Source: a virus
Virus record (IMG/VR): IMGVR_UViG_3300027861_000011
Span: 96,001-160,000 of that record
Length of the DNA: 64,000 nt
Direction: 5' to 3' (one strand)
Shown here piece after piece: positions 1 to 10,300 of this stretch. A program made the position numbers and the translations under genes. Under the pieces are notes generated by a model. The model was not told where the DNA came from. It searched no databases and worked only from the letters and a program-made list of their open reading frames with translations. Position 1 is the first letter of the stretch, and the number at the start of each line of letters is the position of its first letter.

Positions 1-12
1 CTTATACAACAA

Positions 13-1368
13 ATGTTAGTTGACCGAAAGTTCGGTGAGTCAATAATGGATATTCTAAAACCTAATTACTTTGAAGATAGTTTCTTAAGGACTACTTCAG
101 CGAAAATAAAAGATAATTACGATAAATATGAGTCGATTCCAGATGTAAATAATCTAGAATCTACAATATTAGGTGCTGTATCTGACGATATTGATAAACA
201 AATGTATTTAGAACAGTTCAATAGAATAAAAAATGCTGAATTGAACAATGGATTGCAAATCCAAGATACAGCAATGAAATTTTGTAAACAACAAGAATTA
301 AAAAAATCAGTTAGAGACATTCAACAAATCATAGATAAAGGAGATTTAGAAGATTATCATATGTGTGAAGAAATCCTTAAAAAAGCCCTAGAAGTTGGTA
401 ATACAAAGGATGATGGTATTGATGTATTTCATGATATCGAGAATGTAATGTCTGAAGATTTCAGAAGCCCAATTCCTACTGGAATTAATGGGTTAGATGC
501 CTATATGGATGGTGGTCTATCTAAGGGTGAGTTAGCTGTTATCTTAGCTCCTTTTGGGGTTGGTAAGACAACTATCATGACTAAGATAGGTAACAACGCT
601 AAGAATGTAGGAAATAACGTCTTACAGATATTTTTCGAAGACAACCCAAAGGTAATCCAAAGAAAACATTTAACATGTTGGATGGATGGTAAATATTCAC
701 TTAATGAGTTATCTGAAAATAATGTAGAAATTCTTGCTAACGCCACAATTAAACAATCGCAACCAGGTAAGATTCAATTAAAGAAGTTTCCTAGTGATGG
801 AACTACAATACCAATGATAAAACAATATATAAAGAAATTAATATCTCAAGGTTTTAGACCAGATATAGTTTTATTAGATTATATTGATTGTGTAGTACCA
901 ACTAAAACATTCAAAGATGAATATGCTGGTGAAGGAAATGTAATGAGACAATTCGAAACAATGCTTGATGAGTTAGATATTGCTGGTTGGACTGCCGTAC
1001 AAGGTAATAGAAGTTCTATTAACGCTGAAACAGTTGATGCAAGTATGATTGGTGGTTCTATTAAGAAAGGTCAAATTGGACACTTTATACTTTCAATAGC
1101 TAAATCATTAGACCAAAAAGAAAATGGTCGTGCTAATATGGCAATTCTTAAATCTAGATTTGGTAAAGATGGGATTGTATTCGAAGATATAGTATTTGAT
1201 AACGGCACTTTAGTTATTGACATTACCGAGAATGAACAAAGAGGTAAAACATTCTTACAAGCTGAAGAAGTTAAGGTTGAGAGAAATCAAAACAGAGTTA
1301 CTGAAGTTTTTGATGCAATGCAAAAAAAGAAAGATGAAGATTATCAAAGCGGTATAACTAATAATTAA
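13..1368 (+). CDS. Replicative DNA helicase, DnaB/T4 gp41-like (frame open to window edge, true start may lie upstream)
   Basis: Walker A APFGVGKTT, Walker B IVLLDYID, WTAVQGNR and LKSRFG motifs of superfamily 4 helicases. Confidence 0.9.
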   Translation: MLVDRKFGESIMDILKPNYFEDSFLRTTSAKIKDNYDKYESIPDVNNLESTILGAVSDDIDKQMYLEQFNRIKNAELNNGLQIQDTAMKFCKQQELKKSVRDIQQIIDKGDLEDYHMCEEILKKALEVGNTKDDGIDVFHDIENVMSEDFRSPIPTGINGLDAYMDGGLSKGELAVILAPFGVGKTTIMTKIGNNAKNVGNNVLQIFFEDNPKVIQRKHLTCWMDGKYSLNELSENNVEILANATIKQSQPGKIQLKKFPSDGTTIPMIKQYIKKLISQGFRPDIVLLDYIDCVVPTKTFKDEYAGEGNVMRQFETMLDELDIAGWTAVQGNRSSINAETVDASMIGGSIKKGQIGHFILSIAKSLDQKENGRANMAILKSRFGKDGIVFEDIVFDNGTLVIDITENEQRGKTFLQAEEVKVERNQNRVTEVFDAMQKKKDEDYQSGITNN

Positions 1369-1394
1369 GTAATTAAGTAATTAAATAATTAAAT

Positions 1395-2354
1395 ATGTAT
1401 TTAAAAAATTCAGATACGGAAAAGAGATATTCTATTTTTCCAATTAAAAATCAAGATTTATGGGATGCTTATAAAGCAGCTGAAAAACAAACTTGGGTAG
1501 CAGAGGAGATAGATTTAGCGCAAGATAAATATGAGGATTTAAATGATGATGAAAAATTTTATTTAAAGAATATATTAGCCTTTTTTACTATTTCAGATGG
1601 TTTAGTTATAGATAATCTTTGTGATAATGTAATCGACAATATAGATATTTCAGAAGCTAAATATTATTATAATCACCAAATGTTTATTGAGCAAGTACAT
1701 GCTAATGGATATTCTCTATTAATCGATACGTATATCAAAGACAATAAAGAGAAAGAAGATTTATTTAATTCTATGATAACTAACGATGCTGTAAGGGCTA
1801 AAGCGTCATGGGCTGAGAATTGGTTAAACAATGGAACATTTGTAGAAAAGTTAATTGCTTTTGCTTGTGTTGAAGGTATTGCATTTTCATCAGTATTTGC
1901 TGGAGTTTTTTGGTTTAGAAGTAGAAATAAAATGCCAGGTTTAGGTGAAATGAACGAACTCATCTTAAGAGATGAATCTTTTCATTATGAATTTGCATTA
2001 CAAATGTTTAATAATTATGTTAAGGATGATTATAAACCTTCTAAAGAAAAAATTAAGGAAGTAATTTTATCTTGTTTTGAAACTGAGAGAAAGTTTGTTG
2101 AAGAGAGCTTACCAGATGGTCTACAAGGAATGAGTAAAGATATGATGATGGGATATGTTGAGTTTGTTACTGATATTGTATTAAATGATTTTATAGGTGA
2201 AACTAAATTTAATACTAAGAACCCCCTTGATTTTATGAAAAAGATAGGTCTATCATCTAAGAATAACTTTTTCGAAAGAAGAACTGGAGGTGGATACACC
2301 AGAGTTGACATACCAACAACTAATGATGGAATTTTTGATGATGACGATTTTTAA
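1395..2354 (+). CDS. nrdB: Ribonucleotide reductase class Ia beta subunit
   Basis: Di-iron ligand motifs SDGLV, EQVH..GY, VEG, RDESFH; C-terminal FFERR..Y. Confidence 0.95.
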   Translation: MYLKNSDTEKRYSIFPIKNQDLWDAYKAAEKQTWVAEEIDLAQDKYEDLNDDEKFYLKNILAFFTISDGLVIDNLCDNVIDNIDISEAKYYYNHQMFIEQVHANGYSLLIDTYIKDNKEKEDLFNSMITNDAVRAKASWAENWLNNGTFVEKLIAFACVEGIAFSSVFAGVFWFRSRNKMPGLGEMNELILRDESFHYEFALQMFNNYVKDDYKPSKEKIKEVILSCFETERKFVEESLPDGLQGMSKDMMMGYVEFVTDIVLNDFIGETKFNTKNPLDFMKKIGLSSKNNFFERRTGGGYTRVDIPTTNDGIFDDDDF

Positions 2355-2378
2355 ATATAAAGATAAAAAAAGAAAGAT

Positions 2379-4547
2379 ATGAAAATTATAAAAAGAGACG
2401 GAAGTAAACAATCTTTCATGCCAAATAAAATACTCGTTAGGTTAAGGCAACAATCTAAAGATTTAAATGTTAAACCCGATAAGTTATTTCAGAAAGTTAT
2501 ACCACATATAAAGGATGGAATGACAGCTACTGATATAGATGAAATAATTGCATTTCAATCAGCTGATTTACAAATCGAACATCCAGATTACGCTATATTA
2601 GGTGGTAGAATTCTTATATCTAGACAAGCTAAGATATTAGAAGTTGAAACTAAAGAAGTTGATGAGAAGTTTGATTCATTTGCCGCATCTACATTTTTAA
2701 AGAAATATTCTGAAAAGGATGATAAAGGGGTTCCAATTGAGATTCCATCTATGATGCATAACAGAGTAGCAAATCATCTTTACCCAGATTCATTTAAAGA
2801 TAGAAGAAAACTTTTAAATGAACTATATGAAAAGAAAATTAATTTTGCTACACCGATATTAAGTAATTCTGGTATTGAGGGTAGAAACGGTCTTATTAGT
2901 TGTAATCTAACAACTCTTATGGATGATAGTATTGAAGGTATTAATGAGACACTAGATAAAATCTCACATGGTTCAAAAGAAGGTTCTGGAATAGGACTTT
3001 GTATTGATAGATTAAGAAGTTCTAGTAGTTTAGTTAGTAGCTTCAAAGGTTACGCTGGTGGTGTAATTAGATTTGCTGATATGGTACAGTCTCACATGAG
3101 ATTTTATAAGCAAGGTAATAGGTCTGGTAGTTGTGCTTTATATTTATCTACTTGGCATAAGGATATATTATCATTTTTAGAATTAAGACTCCCAATTGGT
3201 GAAGAATTAAATAGAGCTAGGGATTTATTTACAGCTGTAACTATTGATGATGTATTTATGGATGCTTTAACAAATGAAACACCGTATTACTTATTTTGTC
3301 CTAACGATTTAAAGAAAGCTGGATTAAAACCATTATATGAGATACATGGTGAAGAATTTAAAGATGTTTACAATGAAGCTATTGAATTAGGTTTAGGTGA
3401 TAAAGTTGAACCTAAGAAAATATGGGATGCCATTATACGTTCACAAGTTGAAAGTGGTACACCATATGTATTCTATAAGGATAACGCAAATAAGGTTAAT
3501 ATGCAAGATAATATCGGTATAATTAACCAGTCTAATTTATGTATAGAAATTATGCAAGCTAGTAAACCAACATACACACCACAATGTACTTTAGCTTCAG
3601 TTAATTTATCCGAACATGAGACATTAAAGAGTATTGGTAAATCAACTAAGGTTTTAGTTAGAGCTCTAAACAAAGTTATTGATAATAATAAATGGTCTGA
3701 CGATTGGAGTAAAAATGCTGGGGTAGACCAAAGAGCTATTGCTATTGGTGTTGCTGGGTTAGCTGATTTCTTTGCTAAGAAGAAGATATCTTTTGAAAGT
3801 GATGAAGCGAAGAAATGGAATGAAGACATTTTTGAAATAATGTATAAATCTGCACTTGAAGAAAGTAGTTTATTAGCTATTGAAGAAGATGAAAATTATC
3901 CAGCTTGGGAAGGTAGTAAATATAGTAGAGGTGAGACTTATATAGAAGGATGGTCACCAGTAGAACCTGGAGAACCAATTCCAATGCGTAACTCATTATT
4001 AATAGCTTTAATGCCTACAGCTTCAAGCGCAATCTTATTAGGTGCTTTTGAATGTTTCGAACCAGTAACTTCTAACGTATTTACTAGGATGGTTGGTGAT
4101 GGTGAGTTTATTGTCGTAAACAAATATCTAGTAAGAGAATTAGTTGAGTTAGATTTATGGAATGAAGAGATACGTGATGCTATTATTTCTAACGAAGGTA
4201 GTATTCAAGACATACAAATAATACCAGAAGATATTAGATATCGTTATAAAACTGTTTGGGAAGTACCTCAAAAAGTATTATTAGAATTAGCTATAATTAG
4301 AAATAAATTTGTAGACCAATCACAAAGCATGAATGTATATCATAGAGATGCTAAATATAGTAAAATATCTAGTGCTTTAGTATTTGCTTGGAAGAATGGT
4401 TTAAAAACTGGTTCTTATTATACCAGAACTGAATCTAAGTTAGGTAAAAACAAAAAATTATCCGCATCTGATAATATATCAGCTAATCTAGTTAAAAAGC
4501 CAGAGAACTCAATGTTTAGTTGTGAAGGTGGTGGTTGCGATGCTTAG
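2379..4547 (+). CDS. nrdA: Ribonucleotide reductase class Ia alpha subunit
   Basis: N-terminal ATP cone (MKIIKRDG), SC, NQSNLCIEI, CTLAS, PTASS, YY and C-terminal CxxxxC pair. Confidence 0.95.
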   Translation: MKIIKRDGSKQSFMPNKILVRLRQQSKDLNVKPDKLFQKVIPHIKDGMTATDIDEIIAFQSADLQIEHPDYAILGGRILISRQAKILEVETKEVDEKFDSFAASTFLKKYSEKDDKGVPIEIPSMMHNRVANHLYPDSFKDRRKLLNELYEKKINFATPILSNSGIEGRNGLISCNLTTLMDDSIEGINETLDKISHGSKEGSGIGLCIDRLRSSSSLVSSFKGYAGGVIRFADMVQSHMRFYKQGNRSGSCALYLSTWHKDILSFLELRLPIGEELNRARDLFTAVTIDDVFMDALTNETPYYLFCPNDLKKAGLKPLYEIHGEEFKDVYNEAIELGLGDKVEPKKIWDAIIRSQVESGTPYVFYKDNANKVNMQDNIGIINQSNLCIEIMQASKPTYTPQCTLASVNLSEHETLKSIGKSTKVLVRALNKVIDNNKWSDDWSKNAGVDQRAIAIGVAGLADFFAKKKISFESDEAKKWNEDIFEIMYKSALEESSLLAIEEDENYPAWEGSKYSRGETYIEGWSPVEPGEPIPMRNSLLIALMPTASSAILLGAFECFEPVTSNVFTRMVGDGEFIVVNKYLVRELVELDLWNEEIRDAIISNEGSIQDIQIIPEDIRYRYKTVWEVPQKVLLELAIIRNKFVDQSQSMNVYHRDAKYSKISSALVFAWKNGLKTGSYYTRTESKLGKNKKLSASDNISANLVKKPENSMFSCEGGGCDA

Positions 4548-4580
4548 GGTGTGATACTTAAATAGAGAATTAATTTAAAT

Positions 4581-4614
4581 AAAAAAGGGGATTTCGAAAG
4601 ATTTCCCCTTTTTT
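4581..4614. terminator. Intrinsic terminator, probably bidirectional
   Basis: aaaaaagggga...tcccctttttt inverted repeat with A and T tracts, right after nrdA. Confidence 0.8.
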
Positions 4615-4675
4615 ATTTACACTATTTATTTTCGAAAAAGATTTATTATAATATTTATCTAATAAAGAAAGTAAT

Positions 4676-5065
4676 ATGGCTGGTAATGGTAAATTTATAA
4701 ATATTGCGTTTCCGTTTAAGGAAAGTAGTAGAGGTGACTTTTTAGAACTTAATAATATCGATAAATACGCAATTAAATCTGATTTATTACATTTACTATT
4801 AACCAGGAAGGGTGAACGACTATATTTACCAGATTTTGGTACAGACCTCATTAAATACATTTTTGAATTAAATGATGAAACTACTAAAAATAATATGAAA
4901 AAAGATATTAGCGCAACTGTTATAAAATATTTACCTAATTTACAAATAGATGAAATAACTGTAAAAGAAAATGAACTAAGTGAATATGGTGTTACAGTTA
5001 AAATTGATTATACAATAACAGAAGATGTGTTTAAAGAAACTGACTTCGTAATTATAGAATTATAA
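4676..5065 (+). CDS. Baseplate wedge protein, T4 gp25/GPW-like
   Basis: IKSDLLHLLLTRKGER.Y.PDFGT motif, typical ~130 aa size. Confidence 0.85.
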   Translation: MAGNGKFINIAFPFKESSRGDFLELNNIDKYAIKSDLLHLLLTRKGERLYLPDFGTDLIKYIFELNDETTKNNMKKDISATVIKYLPNLQIDEITVKENELSEYGVTVKIDYTITEDVFKETDFVIIEL

Positions 5066-5075
5066 AAAAAATATT

Positions 5076-6893
5076 ATGGCACAAAAAATAAATTACTATT
5101 CTAGGAACTTTGCAGATGTAAGGTCAGAATTAATTAATTACGTAAGAGAATATTATCCAGATATTTTTAACGATTTTAATGATGCCTCTGTTGGTATGAT
5201 GCTTTTAGAACTTAACGCTGCCGTTGGGGATATGCTTTCGTTTCAAACGGACAGAATGTTCCAAGAAACTCAAATTGATTTCGCACAAGAAAGAAGCTCC
5301 ATCTTATCAATGGCTAGAACATTCGGACTTAAAATACCAGGTAAAAGACCTTCTGTTACGTTATGTGATTTTTCAGTTGTTGTACCAGTGTTTGGTGATA
5401 CTTTTAATATTCAATACGCACCAATTATTAGAAGAGGAGCACAAGTTAGTGGTTCAGGGAAAGTATTTGAAGCTTTAGATGAAATTGATTTTTCATCACC
5501 ATTTAATAATAGTGGAGTCCCAAATCAATTAGTAGTTCCAAATTTAGATTCTAATGGTACAATAATTAATTATACCCTAACTAAAAGGGAATTAGTTACT
5601 AACGGTACAACAAAAATAATGAAAAGAATTACTAATAGTAGTGATGTTAGACCATTCTTAGAAGTATTACTCCCAGAAGATAATGTATTATCGATTAACT
5701 CAATAATCATGCTTGAGGGTACTAATTATTCAACAAATCCACCTACTGGTCAATTCTATAACGAAAACTTAAGGTGGTTTGAAGTTAATGCATTAGCTGA
5801 TGACATTGTTTTTATTAAAGATAATACCATAATTAGTGACGATTCAGCAGTAAGTCCAGGTAAATTTAAAAAAATAAATCAAAGGTTTATCAGAGAATAT
5901 ACAGATAAAGGGTTTACTAAAATTATATTTGGTGGAGGTTCCCAAGATATAAGTGAGTTATGCGAATTTGACGTTAATAAATCACTTGTTAATCGAGTAG
6001 GTGATTTTATCAATAACCTTTCATTAGGTATTACACCATCAGCCAATCAAACAATGTTTATTTCTTATAGAATTGGTGGTGGAGCTTCAACTAATATTGG
6101 TCCCAATGTAATTAAAACAGTTTCAACTGTTGACATGGTGGTTAATGGTCCTAATAACTTAGTAAATCAAAAAGTAATTAATTCTCTTTCAGTTAATAAT
6201 CCAATACCAGCATTAGGCGGTAAAGATGAACCCTCTATTGAAGAATTAAGAAATCTTGTTAGATATAATTTTGCATCACAAGAAAGGTGTGTAACGATTG
6301 AAGATTATAAAGTTAGAATAGGACTTATGCCAGGTGAATTTGGTATTCCATTTAGAAATAATGTAATGGAGATTCAAAATAAGATTAAAATTTTCATACT
6401 TACACTTGATGAGAATGGTCAACTAAGTACTAATACAACTACAACACTTAAAGATAATATAACAACATATTTATCTGACTACAGAATGCTTAATGATTAT
6501 GTTGAAGTATCTAACGGAAAAGTGTATAATTTAGGTTTTGAAGTAGATTTATTTACTGATTCACAGTTTTCAAAATCAGAAATTATGACACAAGTCATTA
6601 CAACAATTACAAGTTATTTTGATATTAATAAATGGGGTATGGGTGAAAATATATACATGGCCCAATTAATTGAATTAGTTAATAATGTACCAGGTGTATT
6701 AAATGTAACTGACTTAAGAATTTATAATAAGGTTGGTCAAGGTAAGTATTCATCTAATGAAATACCACAACCATATATCGATGAAGCAACAAGACAAATT
6801 GACTTATTAGGTGACTATACACTTTTCGGTGACCCAGTAGGTATGTTTGAGATTAAGTTTCCAGATACAGATATTAAAGTAAGGGTGAAGTAA
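5076..6893 (+). CDS. Baseplate wedge subunit, T4 gp6/baseplate J-like
   Basis: N-terminal YYSRNFADVRSELI..DFNDASVG, SYRIGGG, GGKDEPSIEELR, QERCVTIEDY motifs; follows the gp25-like gene. Confidence 0.85.
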   Translation: MAQKINYYSRNFADVRSELINYVREYYPDIFNDFNDASVGMMLLELNAAVGDMLSFQTDRMFQETQIDFAQERSSILSMARTFGLKIPGKRPSVTLCDFSVVVPVFGDTFNIQYAPIIRRGAQVSGSGKVFEALDEIDFSSPFNNSGVPNQLVVPNLDSNGTIINYTLTKRELVTNGTTKIMKRITNSSDVRPFLEVLLPEDNVLSINSIIMLEGTNYSTNPPTGQFYNENLRWFEVNALADDIVFIKDNTIISDDSAVSPGKFKKINQRFIREYTDKGFTKIIFGGGSQDISELCEFDVNKSLVNRVGDFINNLSLGITPSANQTMFISYRIGGGASTNIGPNVIKTVSTVDMVVNGPNNLVNQKVINSLSVNNPIPALGGKDEPSIEELRNLVRYNFASQERCVTIEDYKVRIGLMPGEFGIPFRNNVMEIQNKIKIFILTLDENGQLSTNTTTTLKDNITTYLSDYRMLNDYVEVSNGKVYNLGFEVDLFTDSQFSKSEIMTQVITTITSYFDINKWGMGENIYMAQLIELVNNVPGVLNVTDLRIYNKVGQGKYSSNEIPQPYIDEATRQIDLLGDYTLFGDPVGMFEIKFPDTDIKVRVK

Positions 6894-6938
6894 CCTTCAC
6901 TTTATCATAAATTTTTATTATATTTAAATAAAAAAAAT

Positions 6939-7307
6939 ATGAGTTGTAATAGTTGTAAAAATAGTAGTAATGTTACTAATCTTGGTGGGCTCTCCATACC
7001 AACAGATAATAGTGAAAAAAGTGTTGGGGTTAAAATATTAATATTTACAGTTAAGATTATGTTATTCTTAATAGCTTCAGTTATCTTAATAATAACTGTA
7101 ATCCCCTTTAGTATTTATTTATTAGTAAAGGTAATTTTCTTTGATGGTAGATTAGATATTGGAAGTTTTATAGGTATGATAAGTAATCATTTTAAAAATA
7201 AAAGAGAAGAAAAGAAATATAAAAAAGAGTCAATAAATGAAAATGATGATGAAGATGATGAAGACGATTATGAGGATGATTATAGTGATATTGATGAAAT
7301 AAAATAG
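6939..7307 (+). CDS. Small membrane protein with N-terminal CxxC and acidic tail
   Basis: MSCNSCK start, long hydrophobic segment at about aa 31-80, D/E-rich C terminus. Confidence 0.7.
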   Translation: MSCNSCKNSSNVTNLGGLSIPTDNSEKSVGVKILIFTVKIMLFLIASVILIITVIPFSIYLLVKVIFFDGRLDIGSFIGMISNHFKNKREEKKYKKESINENDDEDDEDDYEDDYSDIDEIK

Positions 7308-7327
7308 GAATAAAGATAGTTATATGT

Positions 7328-10300
7328 ATGTCTGATAACATTAGAATAAGAACTACACCTGGTGATGGAATTAAGAGTGTAAATATTAATATAAATCAAA
7401 AATTTGATTTTATTGAGATTCTTTCACTTAAGATTTCGCAAGATGAAGCTTATAGAAGTTTTTGTTCTGATTATGGTGCAGTAGTAGGTAGAGTTATTGT
7501 TAATAACGGTGTAGGAGTACCAAACGCAAAGGTATCTATTTTCATACCTATTGATGATAACGATGCTATTGACCCAGAAATTCTTGGGTTATACCCATTT
7601 GAAGTAGTTACTGGAAAAGACTACAACGGAATAGGTTACAACTTATTACCAAGGAACGCAAGAGGTAAAGGTGATTGTTTTACACCTATCGGAACATTTC
7701 CATCAAAAAGAGAAATACAAGATAACCCAGAAGTTAGTTATATATATTGTAAGTATTATAAATATTCGACAACAACAAATAACTCTGGTGATTTCATGTT
7801 ATTTGGTGTTCCAGTAGGACCAAACTTTTTACATTGTGATGTTGATTTATCTGATATAGGTATACTTTCACAAAAACCTTATGAATTAATTAATGATGGT
7901 GCTAGTGAAAATTCATTTGCATCTCCAACCGAGTTTAGAAGTCGTGATGAAACTGTAAATTTAAACCAATTAAAAACAATATCACCTATAAGTGTTGATG
8001 TAGTACCATTTTGGGGTGATAAAGAACAATGCCAAGTTGGAATTAGTAGGGTTGATGTTGACTTAAAAACACAAATTATATCTACCGCAATATTTATGGG
8101 TTCTATTTTTAGCGATACTGAGAATGCCAGTATTAACAAGAGATGTAGACCTAAAAAAGCAATGGGTAATCAAGCTAAATTAGTTGCTGGCCCAGGTACA
8201 ATTGAAATGATTCGTAAAAGTTCTACGGGTCAAATATCAAGATATGATATAAATGGAGGTCAAAATATTGACGATGACGGGACATGGAGTTATTTAGTAC
8301 CAATGAACTTAGATTATAAGGTTACTTCTGAAGATGGCACAATGATACCATCAGATGACCCAACAATAGGTATTGCAACTAGAGCGAATGTTAGATTTAG
8401 AATTTCAATGGGTAGTAATGGTGCAGAAGGAAAACTAAGAAGTAGAGCAAAATATCTTGTACCTAATAACCCAGAACATCAAAATGATGTTGATTATAAT
8501 TTTGATGGAAGTACTAAACCAGAAAGTTTTGTTGATTTTTATTGGAATAAAATTTATACAGTTAAGAATTATATAGCCAGAGTCCAACCAAATAAATCTG
8601 TTGAAAATAGAAACTTTATAGGTATAAAGGATGTAGATGAAGGAGCGAACTCTCCGTTCCCATTTAATAGAATGGATAATTCAGTAAACCCAATTATTGG
8701 GGTTTTGTGTCTTATGTTTAGTATATTTTCGATGATAATATGTGCAATTAATAGTGTGTTAATAAATATTCTTAATCTAGTTCTTCTAATACTTAATGTA
8801 GTATTAGGGATTATTTGTGTTGTTTTAGCTGCTATTAGTGTTCTAGTTTGTGGTTTAGCTCATTTATTTTCGGAAGCTAAACGAAAATCATGTAGGTGTA
8901 GATTGTGTCTTGGACAACCCTGTACTAATGGTGATTGTTTTGGTGCCTGTTTAGATGGTATTCTACCCTATATACCATATATATCAGTAAGTTGCCCAGG
9001 TGACCCAGATGGGATGAATTACGCACCTTGTGGCTTTAAACTTCCTGGTTCTTGGCAAGCTACGGAAGACCTTTCCCAACAAAATAATGGAACTAGCTTT
9101 CATTATCCATTTGATGGCCACCCTGGTCATGATAACCCTACGGCTGGATGGATAGATTGTATGATGCTTGGACTCATGGAAGCCTGGAACGCATTCAAGT
9201 TTGATTTTTATAATGATTGGGTTAATGGTACACTATACTCCTTCTTATTTAAAGTTAAAAAAAGGAAGAAAGGTAAAGGTAAAATGAGATTCTGTGACAC
9301 TGATTGTGAAGACAATATTTTAGGTGTTGATAATAATGAAGATGGTCAAGCAGATACGACATGTCGTAAAAATTACGTTCTTGATTCTTGTACTAAAGTA
9401 CAACCAGACTCTTATACTGATAGTAGTGGAGATAAAAAAGGGGTTAATACTAAAACATATTATCAACTTAGAGAAGGATATATAAAGTTATATAAGGGTG
9501 AATTTTATTATTCGGCCATTTCTAAAAAAACTGGCGTGAGACTTTTTGCTACAGATATAGTTAATCTTGGTTCAATGGTTGATTGTGATTGGCAAGGAAT
9601 ACCTAAGTTTCAACAATATCTTATAGATACAACCCACAATAAACCACCATTACTTGCTGAGTATGATGGAGATGTAGTACCAACCGACCCAGCAAATATC
9701 GATGTGACTGGTTATGATACTAAATTACCTGGTGGAACTGGTGATGATAAGTTAATTGGAAATGTATGGTGTATAATTATGCATGCATCTATGGGGACAA
9801 CACCACAAACATGTATTAATGTGAGAAGGTTTTCAGAACTAGGTGTTGGTTTAGATGAAAATAGAAGTGAGGATATTCCTGGTGATTACGTTGATAATAA
9901 AATTACAAATAATGATGTTGATAATGCATTTGTTAGAGGTGCATTTCTTAATGCCAACACCCCCACCTCAACAAGTATACCTTTAGTTTATTTCGATGGT
10001 ATGACACCACCAGCTAATTACCCTACTAATAATTTTGGTTATGATGATGAGATAAATTATTCAGAATTCAGAGACCGAAAAATTGTAAAAAATTTAAAAG
10101 AACATGAAAATTCATTTTACTTTTATTTTGGTCTTAAACCTGGAAAAACTGCTTTAACAAAAATGAATAATCAATACTTTACGGAATGTATTCCATTTGA
10201 TGATAGGGATTTCTTTATTACTGGTACCATTGATACACCAGATAATGAAGACCCTCTAGGTCAAGGTCAATTAACTATTGAAATGATTAATGGTAAGCCA

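Noticed and set aside
1395-4547. Intron or intein in nrdA/nrdB
   Set aside because: Both frames are continuous and of normal or compact length, with no splicing motifs seen
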